Source: Balanoglossus misakiensis (lineage: Eukaryota > Animalia > Hemichordata). Taken from it: a DNA stretch of 64,000 nucleotides. This document shows positions 13,743 to 23,800 of this stretch, piece after piece. Both the position numbers and the translations under genes were made by a program. The notes below the pieces were generated by a model, which was not told the origin of the DNA, ran no database searches, and saw only the letters and a program-made list of their open reading frames with translations. The DNA is taken from NCBI GenBank assembly GCA_040954595.2, contig CM082596.2, forward strand, positions 6,336,791 to 6,400,790. The letters are read 5' to 3'. How positions within the stretch are numbered: position 1 is the stretch's first letter; each line of letters begins with the position of its first letter.

Positions 13743-14599
13743 CAATGTTTCCCACTTTAGGCCTACAACGCATAATTGTTTTAATTCATTTATAACAGCT
13801 ACAGCCCTTCGTTACTTTGAATAATTCAATGTTTAGTTGAAATTTGTGATTATACTGACCAGTAGTTTTTGGTTTAAAACATAAATTTGCTTATTCATTG
13901 ATTGTTTGGTTACTATTCTGAAGTGAATCCTTTCAACAAAACCAAAGGCAACATGACCTGAGTGAAGTTGCAGTCATTGACATGAATGCTGTGGTGTGAA
14001 GTGATACATGTATAGAGTGCAGTAATTGACTGATACAGGAGACTGATGATAAGGCAAACAGTTATTGTGTTTAAGTTGATACAATGTTTACTTTGTACTT
14101 AATTTTCCAGGTAAATATATGACTGTTTCATGGAGAAAAGAGAGAAAAAAAAATAGATTATTTTGCATACTGTTTTACAGGAGGGGAAAAATTAAATTGT
14201 TGATTTGTGGCACATGGGTGTGTCAGAGATCTTTTATCATTCATTTTCAAGGGAGATCAGCCAGTAGAGATCTTCCTGTATAAGGCACAAATATGATCAG
14301 AAATACTTCATCTCCAGCTTTTTTGTAGTTAATACATCATACATGCAAGTGAGATAAACTTGCAAATAAAGTGTAATGTGTCTAAACCTTGCACCTTGAC
14401 ACATTAACCATCTCTGGCCTTTTAGTGGTTAATATAATGTATATTGTACATGCAAGTGAGATAAACTTGCAAATAAAATGTAATTAATTTAAACCATCTT
14501 GGCAGATATTTTCCAAGGTAAGGTCAAACATTTCAGAATTAAAAGCCTACCTAAATGACAGTTCAACTTAAATGCAATGTGCAAGAATTCCAATGAGGT

Positions 14600-15367
14600 T
14601 AATTGAGTAGACGGATGAATATTAATTTAATAGTTTAAAGCTTAATAATAGCTTAATAATAGCTAGTATAGTTTAATAGATTAGATGAATATTATTTTAA
14701 CTAAAATAGTTTCATTGATTAAAATAATTGTATAGTGGTAGTAGAAGCAAGGTAAGCCCAATAGTCTTAGTCTACTAAATACTAGTTCAATAGTCTATAA
14801 AATAGATAAGTACTAGCTTTAACAGTTTCTTTGATTAGAATAATATTATAGGCTATTAGAAGAAATAGTGCTATGGTCTTTTAATCTATTAAATATTAGT
14901 TCAATAGTCTACTAAAGAGATTAGTAGTAGAGATTCATGGATTGGAATAACAGTGGTAGTATATTAGTTCACGAGGCCTAAAGGCTATTAAATATTTCAG
15001 TAGTCTATTAAATAGATTTGTAGTACATGTAGGTAGAAGAGAGTCATTGATTAGAATAATAGTATAGTGGTAATAGACGAAATATTAGTTCACTAGTCTT
15101 AGTCTATTAAATGTGCACGTATCAATACTTGGGTATTTGTTAGACCCCTTTTGGTGGGGAGTATCTATACAGTCCTCATATAGTAGCGAGTTACTTCAAC
15201 AGTAAATAGTTTGATAGTAGATCAGAATAGTTTATTCAATAGCGGAAAGTTTAATAGCACATGTAGTTAACTTTAATACATTAAAAGATTATTAGTTCTT
15301 AGTTTACTTGTAGATTAGTTAACAGTTGATTAAATTAATAGCCTAGGCTAATTGATTAGAATAATAG
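14600..15367. repeat. AT-rich, C-poor degenerate repeat (old ~110-bp units)
   Basis: Recurring GATTAGAATAA.AGTATAG and AAATATTAGTTCAATAGTCT motifs. Confidence 0.55.
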
Positions 15368-15898
15368 TATAGATTATTTTTAGATAGTCCTTGGTAGAAT
15401 AATGGTTAGATTATAGTAAAACTTTTATATTAGATTAATAGTAGATTTGATGAGTTTAATAGTTGGTTAGATTAATAGTACGAGGTTGCATCCTCGTACG
15501 TATAGATTATTTTTAGATAGTCCTTGGTAGAATAATGGTTAGATTATAGTAAAACTTTTATATTAGATTAATAGTAGATTTGATGATTTTAATAGTTGGT
15601 TAGATTAATAGTACGAGGTTGCATTCTCGTACGTATAGATTATTTTTAGATAGTCCTTGGTAAAATAATGGTTAGATTATAGTAAAACTTTTATATTAGA
15701 TTAATAGTAGATTTGATGATTTTAATGGTTGGTTAGATTAATAGTACGAGGTTGCATTCTCGTACGTATAGATTATTTTTAGATAGTCCTTGGTAGATTA
15801 CTGGTTAGATTATAGTAAAACTTTTATATTAGATTAATAGTAGATTTGATGATTTTAATAGTTAGATTAATAGTACGAGGTTGCATTCTCACACGTAT
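15368..15898 (+). repeat. 133-bp tandem repeat x4, each unit ending in a GC-richer hairpin
   Basis: TATAGATTAT at 15368, 15501, 15634 and 15767; hairpin GTACGAGG-TTGCAT-CCTCGTAC. Confidence 0.95.
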
Positions 15899-15987
15899 GC
15901 CGTTGTTAGTTTTTGGTTCGTTTTTCCTCAAAGTTAGTTAGGGCGCATATTATTAAATACAACTTCTTAGTTAGCCAATTTCGAGGA

Positions 15988-16057
15988 TTCACCGTGGTCC
16001 AGTGGCATAGGCTGTGGACTTATAACTGCAGGGTGTTGAGTTCGAATCCCCGAGACG
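15988..16057 (+). pseudogene. tRNA-derived element (degenerate), copy 1
   Basis: A box GTGGTCCAGTGG, B box GAGTTCGAATCCC at tRNA spacing; stems poorly paired. Confidence 0.6.
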
Positions 16058-16163
16058 TCTTTCACCAATTGTGTATCTTTTAGCTTGCAAGGGTCTCAGT
16101 TTTCTAAGTCATCTAGTTAGTCTAATGTATAAGTATAAGTTAAAAGTAAGCAGATCTCGAGGA

Positions 16164-16245
16164 AGCACCGTGGTCCAGTGGCTAAGGCTTTGGGCTTATG
16201 ACTGTATGGACAGTATAGGTGTGGGTTCTATTCCCACTGCTGACT
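16164..16245 (+). pseudogene. tRNA-Leu-like element, copy 2
   Basis: A box GTGGTCCAGTGG, GCTAAGGC, long variable region ATGGACA.., T-arm GTGGG-TTCTATT-CCCAC, ends TGCTGACT. Confidence 0.65.
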
Positions 16246-16374
16246 CAATGTTCCCTGAAAAAAAAGTCAAGTGTCTTAAGTGTGTATCTTTTAGCTTCCA
16301 AGTGTCTCAGTTTTCCAAGTCAACTAGGCAATCTGATGTATAAGTACAAGTTAAAAGTAAGCTTATCTCGAGGA

Positions 16375-16457
16375 AGCACCGTGGTCTAGTGGCTGTGTCG
16401 CTGGGCTGATGACTGTATGGACAGTACTGGTGCGGGGTTCGAATCCCGCTGCTGACT
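16375..16457 (+). pseudogene. tRNA-Leu-like element, copy 3 (intact A and B boxes; possible Pol III head of a longer RNA)
   Basis: GTGGTCTAGTGG ... GGTTCGAATCCC ... TGCTGACT. Confidence 0.7.
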
Positions 16458-16476
16458 CAACGCTCGGACAGGGGAA

Positions 16477-16615
16477 CTATTGGCTTGCGTGCCAGTGGCT
16501 GTGCGTAGAGGTCGCTATTGGCTTGCTGTCAGTAGCTGTGCGTGGAGGAGCTATTGGCTTGCTGTCAGTGGCTGTGCGTGGAGGAGCTATTGGCTTGCCT
16601 GTCAGTAGCTGCGCG
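16477..16615 (+). repeat. 36-38-bp minisatellite x4 containing CTATTGGCTTGC (reverse CCAAT box); mirrored at ~17079-17204
   Basis: CTATTGGCTTGC at 16477, 16515, 16551 and 16587. Confidence 0.9.
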
Positions 16616-17223
16616 GTATGGGCTTTCATAGAAGAGTATCGCTTGTACGGGGATTGACGAGCCATCCCTGTGGTGTGCTTTGAATCCGTTCAGTAGGCCT
16701 TCTGTGGTAAGCCCAACTCTACTATGCCTATCTATGTTTCCGGGCGAGAGTAAAAATAAATTAAATGAAAGAAAAAAATAAGCCCCTTCGGGGGTTGTTT
16801 AATTTTTTTCCTAGCGGATCTAAAAATTTCTGGAAGTCTGGACTTAGTAAATTTTTTTTTGCCCTTCTATTGGCTTGCGGTCAGGGGTCACGGGTATTCC
16901 CGTGACAAAGGCTAGACCCCAGAGGACATATTGTCTTGCGGGCAAATGGATAACTACCCAGTTAGAGCTTATTAATGGTTAAGAAACCATTTGACATTTG
17001 AAAGTCAATAAGCTCATACTGGGCACTTAGCCATTGGCCCGCAAACCAATATCTCCTCTAGGCACTAGCCAATGGACCGCAAGCCAATAGCTCTTTTTTT
17101 TGGGCACAGCCACTGACAGCAAGCCAATAGCTCCTCCACGCACAGCTACTGACAGCAAGCCAATAGCACCGTCTACGCACAGCCACTGGCAAGCAAGCCA
17201 ATAGTTCCCCTGTCCGAGCGTTG

Positions 17224-17306
17224 AGTCAGCAGCGGGATTCGAACCCCGCACCAATACTGTCCATACAGTCATCAGCCCAGCGACAATGCCACTAGACCAC
17301 GGTGCT
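17224..17306 (-). pseudogene. tRNA-Leu-like element, copy 4 (inverted twin of copy 3)
   Basis: Reverse complement has GTGGTCTAGTGG and GGTTCGAATCCC. Confidence 0.7.
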
Positions 17307-17414
17307 TCCTCGAGATAAGCTTACTTTTAACTTGTACTTATATACCAGATTGCCTAGTTGACTTGGAAAACTGAGACACTTGGAAGCTAAAAGATATTTT
17401 TTCAGAGTAAGTTG

Positions 17415-17487
17415 AGTCAGCAGGGGGATTCGAACCCCAGTCCTACGATCGTTAAGTCCAACGTCTTAACCACTGAGCCATGGTGAC
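17415..17487 (-). pseudogene. tRNA-Leu(TAA)-like pseudogene, copy 5 (73 nt)
   Basis: RC = GTCACCATGGCTCAGTGGTTAAGACGTTGGACTTAACGATCGTAGGACTGGGGTTCGAATCCCCCTGCTGACT. GTGGTTAAG.CGTTGGACTTAA resembles metazoan tRNA-Leu-TAA as I recall it; acceptor stem 6/7 paired, anticodon stem unpaired. Confidence 0.7.
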
Positions 17488-17509
17488 TCACGAACTTCAA
17501 GACTCCAAA

Positions 17510-17654
17510 AGTATTATATGATGATCAGCCTCGTGAAATTTAAAAAAAATAAATAAGGCTCAGTTTCATTATAGTTAATATAACAATACTGACTATAATG
17601 AAACCGAGCCTTATTTTATTTTTAATTTCACGAGCCTGATCATCATATAATACT
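17510..17654. repeat. ~145-bp AT-rich near-perfect palindrome (MITE-like hairpin)
   Basis: AGTATTATATGATGATCAG.CTCGTGAAATT...AATTTCACGAG.CTGATCATCATATAATACT, arms ~65 bp. Confidence 0.9.
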
Positions 17655-18279
17655 AATTACGATCCATACAAAACTATTATTATTACATGTATTTCATTCT
17701 TTATTTAATTAAATCAGGATTTAAATGTACATGACACAGAACCGGTAAAAATATACACTTATATTAATACAACAGCAGACAGCAAAAAATACAATTGGCA
17801 GAATTAATAACAAATTACAAGCGACAAATGCATCTCTCCGATTTTAAAAACAACCCGACACTTGGAATTTAATCTTGCATTCTCAGGATAAATCTAACTT
17901 TTGTACAAAAAATCGATGGAGGGGACGAAGTGTCTACACTTTGAACAGATCGATGAAATACACTATTTCCTACGGATAGACGTCAAAATTTCAATGTTTG
18001 ATTTCAAAAATTTAAAATTCTATTGAACCTGTATTCCCATTATTTCATTACTTTGATACGCTGATTTCAACGTACTCGGGATGAATGACAGTGTAAAAAA
18101 CAATATTCAAATGAAAAACACTCAGTCAGAATAGAGCGAAAATAAATACGTGTGATTTACGCCACTTTAAGGACTACTTTCACCAAAGTAGGAGAGCGTT
18201 TTTGTCAGGTAGAGATTTTGGCGGCCGGGGGTTTAAACACCCACATCGCAGCCCGAAGTAAAAAAATAAGATTTTTATC

Positions 18280-20872
18280 ACAAAGTTCACAAAGTCAAGA
18301 ATTGGTCATTACTTGAGTGTGTATTACCTATAATCCGTGAACATGACATGAAAATGCTGAAGGTGATCAAAATTCACAAAGTCAAGAAGGTGACCAAAAT
18401 TCACAAAGTCAAGAATTGGTCATTATTTGAGTGTGTATGAGCTTTAATCCCTGCATATGACATGAAAATGCTGAAGGTGACCAAAATTCACAAAGTCAAG
18501 AATTGGTCATTATTTGAGTGTGTATGAGCTATTACCCTGAACATGACATGAAAATGCTGAAGGTGACCAAAATTCACAAAGTCAAGAAGGTGACCAAAAT
18601 TCACAATATCAAGAATTGGTCATTATTTGAGTGTGTATGAGCTATAATCCCTGCATATGACATGAAAATGATGAAGGTGACCAAAATTCACAAAGTCAAG
18701 AATTGGTCATTATTTGAGCGTGTATGAGCTATAATCCCTGCATATGACATGAAAATGATGAAGGTGACCAAAATTCACAAAGTCAAGAATTGGTCATTAT
18801 TTGAGCGTGTATGAGCTATAATCCCTGCATATGACATGAAAATGATGAAGGTGACCAAAATTCACAAAGTCAAGAATTGGTCATTATTTGAGCGTGTATG
18901 AGCTATAATCCCTGCATATGACATGAAAATGATGAAGGTGACCAAAATTCACAAAGTCAAGAATTGGTCATTATTTGAGCGTGTATGAGCTATAATCCCT
19001 GCATATGACATGAAAATGATGAAGGTGACCAAAATTCACAAAGTCAAGAATTGGTCATTATTTGAGCGTGTATGAGCTATAATCTCTGCATATGACATGA
19101 AAATGATGAAGGTGACCAAAATTCACAAAGTCAAGAATTGGTCATTATTTGAGCGTGTATGAGCTATAATCCCTGCATATGACATGAAAATGATGAAGGT
19201 GACCAAAATTCACAAAGTCAAGAATTGGTCATTATTTGAGCGTGTATGAGCTATAATCCCTGCATATGACATGAAAATGATGAAGGTGACCAAAATTCAC
19301 AAAGTCAAGAATTGGTCATTATTTGAGCGTGTATGAGCTATAATCCCTGCATATGACATGAAAATGATGAAGGTGACCAAAATTCACAAAGTCAAGAATT
19401 GGTCATTATTTGAGCGTGTATGAGCTATAATCCCTGCATATGACATGAAAATGATGAAGGTGACCAAAATTCACAAAGTCAAGAATTGATCATTATTTGA
19501 GCGTGTATGAGCTATAATCCCTGCATATGACATGAAAATGATGAAGGTGACCAAAATTCACAAAGTCAAGAATTGGTCATTATTTGAGCGTGTATGAGCT
19601 ATAATCCCTGCATATGACATGAAAATGATGAAGGTGACCAAAATTCACAAAGTCAAGAATTGGTCATTATTTGAGCGTGTATGAGCTATAATCCCTGCAT
19701 ATGACATGAAAATGATGAAGGTGACCAAAATTCACAAAGTCAAGAATTGGTCATTATTTGAGTGTGTATGAGCTATAATCCCTGCATATGACATGAAAAT
19801 GATGAAGGTGACCAAAATTCACAAAGTCAAGAATTGGTCATTATTTGAGCATGTATGAGCTATAATCCCTGCATATGACATGAAAATGATGAAGGTGACC
19901 AAAATTCACAAAGTCAAGAATTGGTCATTATTTGAGCATGTATGAGCTATAATCCCTGCATATGACATGAAAATGATGAAGGTGACCAAAATTCACAAAG
20001 TCAAGAATTGGTCATTATTTGAGTGTGTATGAGCTATAATCCCTGCATATGACATGAAAATGATGAAGGTGACCAAAATTCACAAAGTCAAGAATTGGTC
20101 ATTATTTGAGTGTGTATGAGCTATAATCCCTGCATATGACATGAAAATGATGAAGGTGACCAAAATTCACAAAGTCAAGAATTGGTCATTATTTGAGCAT
20201 GTATGAGCTATAATCCCTGCATATGACATGAAAATGATGAAGGTGACCAAAATTCACAAAGTCAAGAATTGGTCATTATTTGAGCATGTATGAGCTATAA
20301 TCCCTGCATATGACATGAAAATGATGAAGGTGACCAAAATTCACAAAGTCGAGAATTGGTCATTATTTGAGCATGTATGAGCTATAATCCCTGCATATGA
20401 CATGAAAATGATGAAGGTGACCAAAATTCACACAAAGTCAAGAAGGTGACCCAAATTCACAAAGTCAAGAATTGGTCATTATTTGAGTGTGTATGAGCTA
20501 TAATCCCTGCATATGACATGAAAATGCTGATGGTGACCAAAATTCACAAAGTCAAAAAGGTGACCAAAATTCACAGAGTCAAGAAGTGGTCATTATTTGA
20601 GTGTGTATGAGCTATAATCGCTGAACATGACATGAACATGCTGAAGGTGACCAAAATTCACAAAGTCAAGAATTGGTCATTATTTGAGTGTGTATGAGCT
20701 ATAATCCCTGCAAATGACATGAAAATGCTGTAGGTGACAAAAATTCACAAAGTCAAGAAGGTGACCAAAATTAACAAAGTCAAGAATTGGTCATTATTTG
20801 AGCATTTATTAGCTATAATCCGTGAACATGACATGAAAATGCTGAAGGTGACCAAAATTCACAAAGTCAAGA
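18280..20872 (+). repeat. 87-bp tandem repeat (~28 copies; edge units carry a duplicated 27-bp subunit)
   Basis: CATGAAAATG at 18661 and 18748; unit GAAGGTGACCAAAATTCACAAAGTCAAGAATTGGTCATTATTTGAGCGTGTATGAGCTATAATCCCTGCATATGACATGAAAATGAT. Confidence 0.98.
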
Positions 20873-23800
20873 GGCAAATGGAAACAACTCTATACTCATT
20901 ATTAAGACTGACAATAAACCTAAGATGCTAGAAGTTGCAATGCTAGTAACTGTTGGCTAATAGTTTAAGATTTGTGTACACATGCCACTTCACAGGCAAA
21001 TGGACACAACTCGATACTCATTATTAAAACTGACCATAAACCTAAGATGCTAGAAATTGCAATGCTAGTAACTGTTGGAGAATAGTTTAAGATTTGTGTA
21101 CAGAGTCACTTCACAGGCAAATGGACACAACTCGATACTCATAATTAAAACTGACCATAAACCTAAGATGCTAGAAGTTGCAATGCTAGTAACTGTTGGC
21201 TAATAGTTTAAGATTTGTGTACATGTGCCACTTAACAGGCAAATGGACACAACTCGATACTCATTATTAAAACTGACCATAAACCTAAGATGCTAGAAGT
21301 TGCAATGCTAGTAACTGTTGGCTAATAGTTTAAGATTTGTGTACATGTGCAACTTAACAGGCAAATGGACACAACTCGATACTCATAATTAAAACTGACC
21401 ATAAACCTAAGATGCTAGAAGTTGCAATGCTAGTAACTGTTGGCTAATAGTTTAAGATTTGTGTACATGTGCCACTTAACAGGCAAATGGACACAACTCG
21501 ATACTCATTATTAAAACTGACCATAATCCTAAGATGCTAGAAGTTGCAATGCTAGTAACTGTTGGCTAATAGTTTAAGATTTGTGTACAGAGTCACTTCA
21601 CAGGCAAATGGACACAACTCGATACTCATTATTAAAACTGACCATAAACCTAAGATGCTAGAAGTTGCAATGCTAGTAACTGTTGGCTAATAGTTTAAGA
21701 TTTGTGTACATGTGCAACTTAACAGGCAAATGGACACAACTCGATACTCATAATTAAAACTGACCATAAACCTAAGATGCTAGAAGTTGCAATGCTAGTA
21801 ACTGTTGGCTAATAGTTTAAGATTTGTGTACATGTGCCACTTAACAGGCAAATGGACACAACTCGATACTCATTATTAAAACTGACCATAATCCTAAGAC
21901 CCTAATAGTTGCAATGCTAGTAACTGTTGGCTAATAGTTTAAGATTTGTGTACACATGCCACTTGACAGGCGAATGGACACAACTCGATACTCATTATTA
22001 AAACTGACTAAAATCATAAGATGCTAGAAGTTGCAATGCTAGTAACTGTTGGCTAATAGTTTAAGATTTGTGTACATGTGCCACTTAACAGGCAAATGGA
22101 CACAACTCGATACTCATTATTAAAACTGACCATAAACCTAAGATGCTAGAAGTTGCAATGCTAGTAACTGTTGGCTAATAGTTTAAGATTTGTGTACATG
22201 TGCCACTTAACAGGCAAATGGACACAACTCGATACTTATTATTAAAACTGACCATAAACCTAAGATGCTAGAAGTTGCAATGCTAGTAACTGTTGGCTAA
22301 TAGTTTAAGATTTGTGTACATGTGCCACTTAACAGGCAAATGGACACAACTCGATACTCATTATTAAAACTGACCATAAACCTAAGATGCTAGAAGTTGC
22401 AATGCTAGTAACTGTTGGCTAATAGTTTAAGATTTGTGTACATGTGCCACTTAACAGGCAAATGGACACAACTCGATACTCATTATTAAAACTGACCATA
22501 AACCTAAGATGCTAGAAGTTGCAATGCTAGTAACATTTGGCTAATAGTTTAAGATTTGTGTACATGTGCCACTTAACAGGCAAATGGACACAACTCGATA
22601 CTCATTATTAAAACTGACCATAAACCTACGATGCTAGAAGTTGCAATGCTAGTAACTGTTGGCTAATAGTTTAAGATTTGTGTACATGTGCCACTTAACA
22701 GGCAAATGGACACAACTCGATACTCATTATTAAAACTGACCATAAACCTAAGATGCTAGAAGTTGCAATGCTAGTAACTGTTGGCTAATAGTTTAAGATT
22801 TGTGTACATGTGCCACTTAACAGGCAAATGGACACAACTCGATACTCATTATTAAAACTGACCATAAACCTAAGATGCTAGAAGTTGCAATGCTAGTAAC
22901 TGTTGGCTAATAGTTTAAGATTTGTGTACATGTGCCACTTAACAGGCAAATGGACACAACTCGATACTCATTATTAAAACTGACCATAAACCTAAGATGC
23001 TAGAAGTTGCAATGCTAGTAACTGTTGGCTAATAGTTTAAGATTTGTGTACATGTGCCACTTAACAGGCAAATGGACACAACTCGATACTCATTATTAAA
23101 ACTGACCATAAACCTAAGATGCTAGAAGTTGCAATGCTAGTAACTGTTGGCTAATAGTTTAAGATTTGTGTACATGTGCCACTTAACAGGCAAATGGACA
23201 CAACTCGATACTCATTATTAAAACTGACCATAAACCTAAGATGCTAGAAGTTGCAATGCTAGTAACTGTTGGCTAATAGTTTAAGATTTGTGTACATGTG
23301 CCACTTAACAGGCAAATGGACACAACTCGATACTCATTATTAAAACTGACCATAAACCTAAGATGCTAGAAGTTGCAATGCTAGTAACTGTTGGCTAATA
23401 GTTTAAGATTTGTGTACATGTGCCACTTAACAGGCAAATGGACACAACTCGATACTCATTATTAAAACTGACCATAAACCTAAGATGCTAGAAATTGCAA
23501 TGCTAGTAACTGTTGGAGAATAGTTTAAGATTTGTGTACAGAGTCACTTCACAGGCAAATGGACACAACTCGATACTCATAATTAAAACTGACCATAAAC
23601 CTAAGATGCTAGAAGTTGCAATGCTAGTAACTGTTGGCTAATAGTTTAAGATTTGTGTACATGTGCCACTTAACAGGCAAATGGACACAACTCGATACTC
23701 ATTATTAAAACTGACCATAAACCTAAGATGCTAGAAGTTGCAATGCTAGTAACTGTTGGCTAATAGTTTAAGATTTGTGTACATGTGCAACTTAACAGGC

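Larger units (their letters stand above)
16285..17396. repeat. Inner inverted repeat (arms 16285-16577 and 17104-17396, ~290 bp, high identity) around a ~525-bp core
   Basis: ATCTTTTAGCTTCCAAGTGTCTCAGTTTTCCAAGTCAACTAGGCAATCTG is reverse-complemented at ~17347-17396; the paired ORFs 16409+ and 17272- have the same N-terminal translation. Confidence 0.97.

Noticed and set aside
10752-13824. Repeated 64-aa ORFs (MVSFNNEYRVV...)
   Set aside because: They appear only where a satellite variant removes a TAG; the 122-bp period is not a multiple of 3
16771-16810. Bacterial Rho-independent terminator or bacterial contamination
   Set aside because: No bacterial gene nearby and the flanks are eukaryotic repeats; kept instead as a possible Pol III 3' end
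16409-17272. Paired 82/81-aa ORFs as protein genes
   Set aside because: They overlap the tRNA-like heads and the 36-bp repeat; their similarity simply reflects the inverted repeat
15988-17487. Functional tRNA genes
   Set aside because: Anticodon stems, and in most copies acceptor stems, do not pair; called tRNA-derived elements
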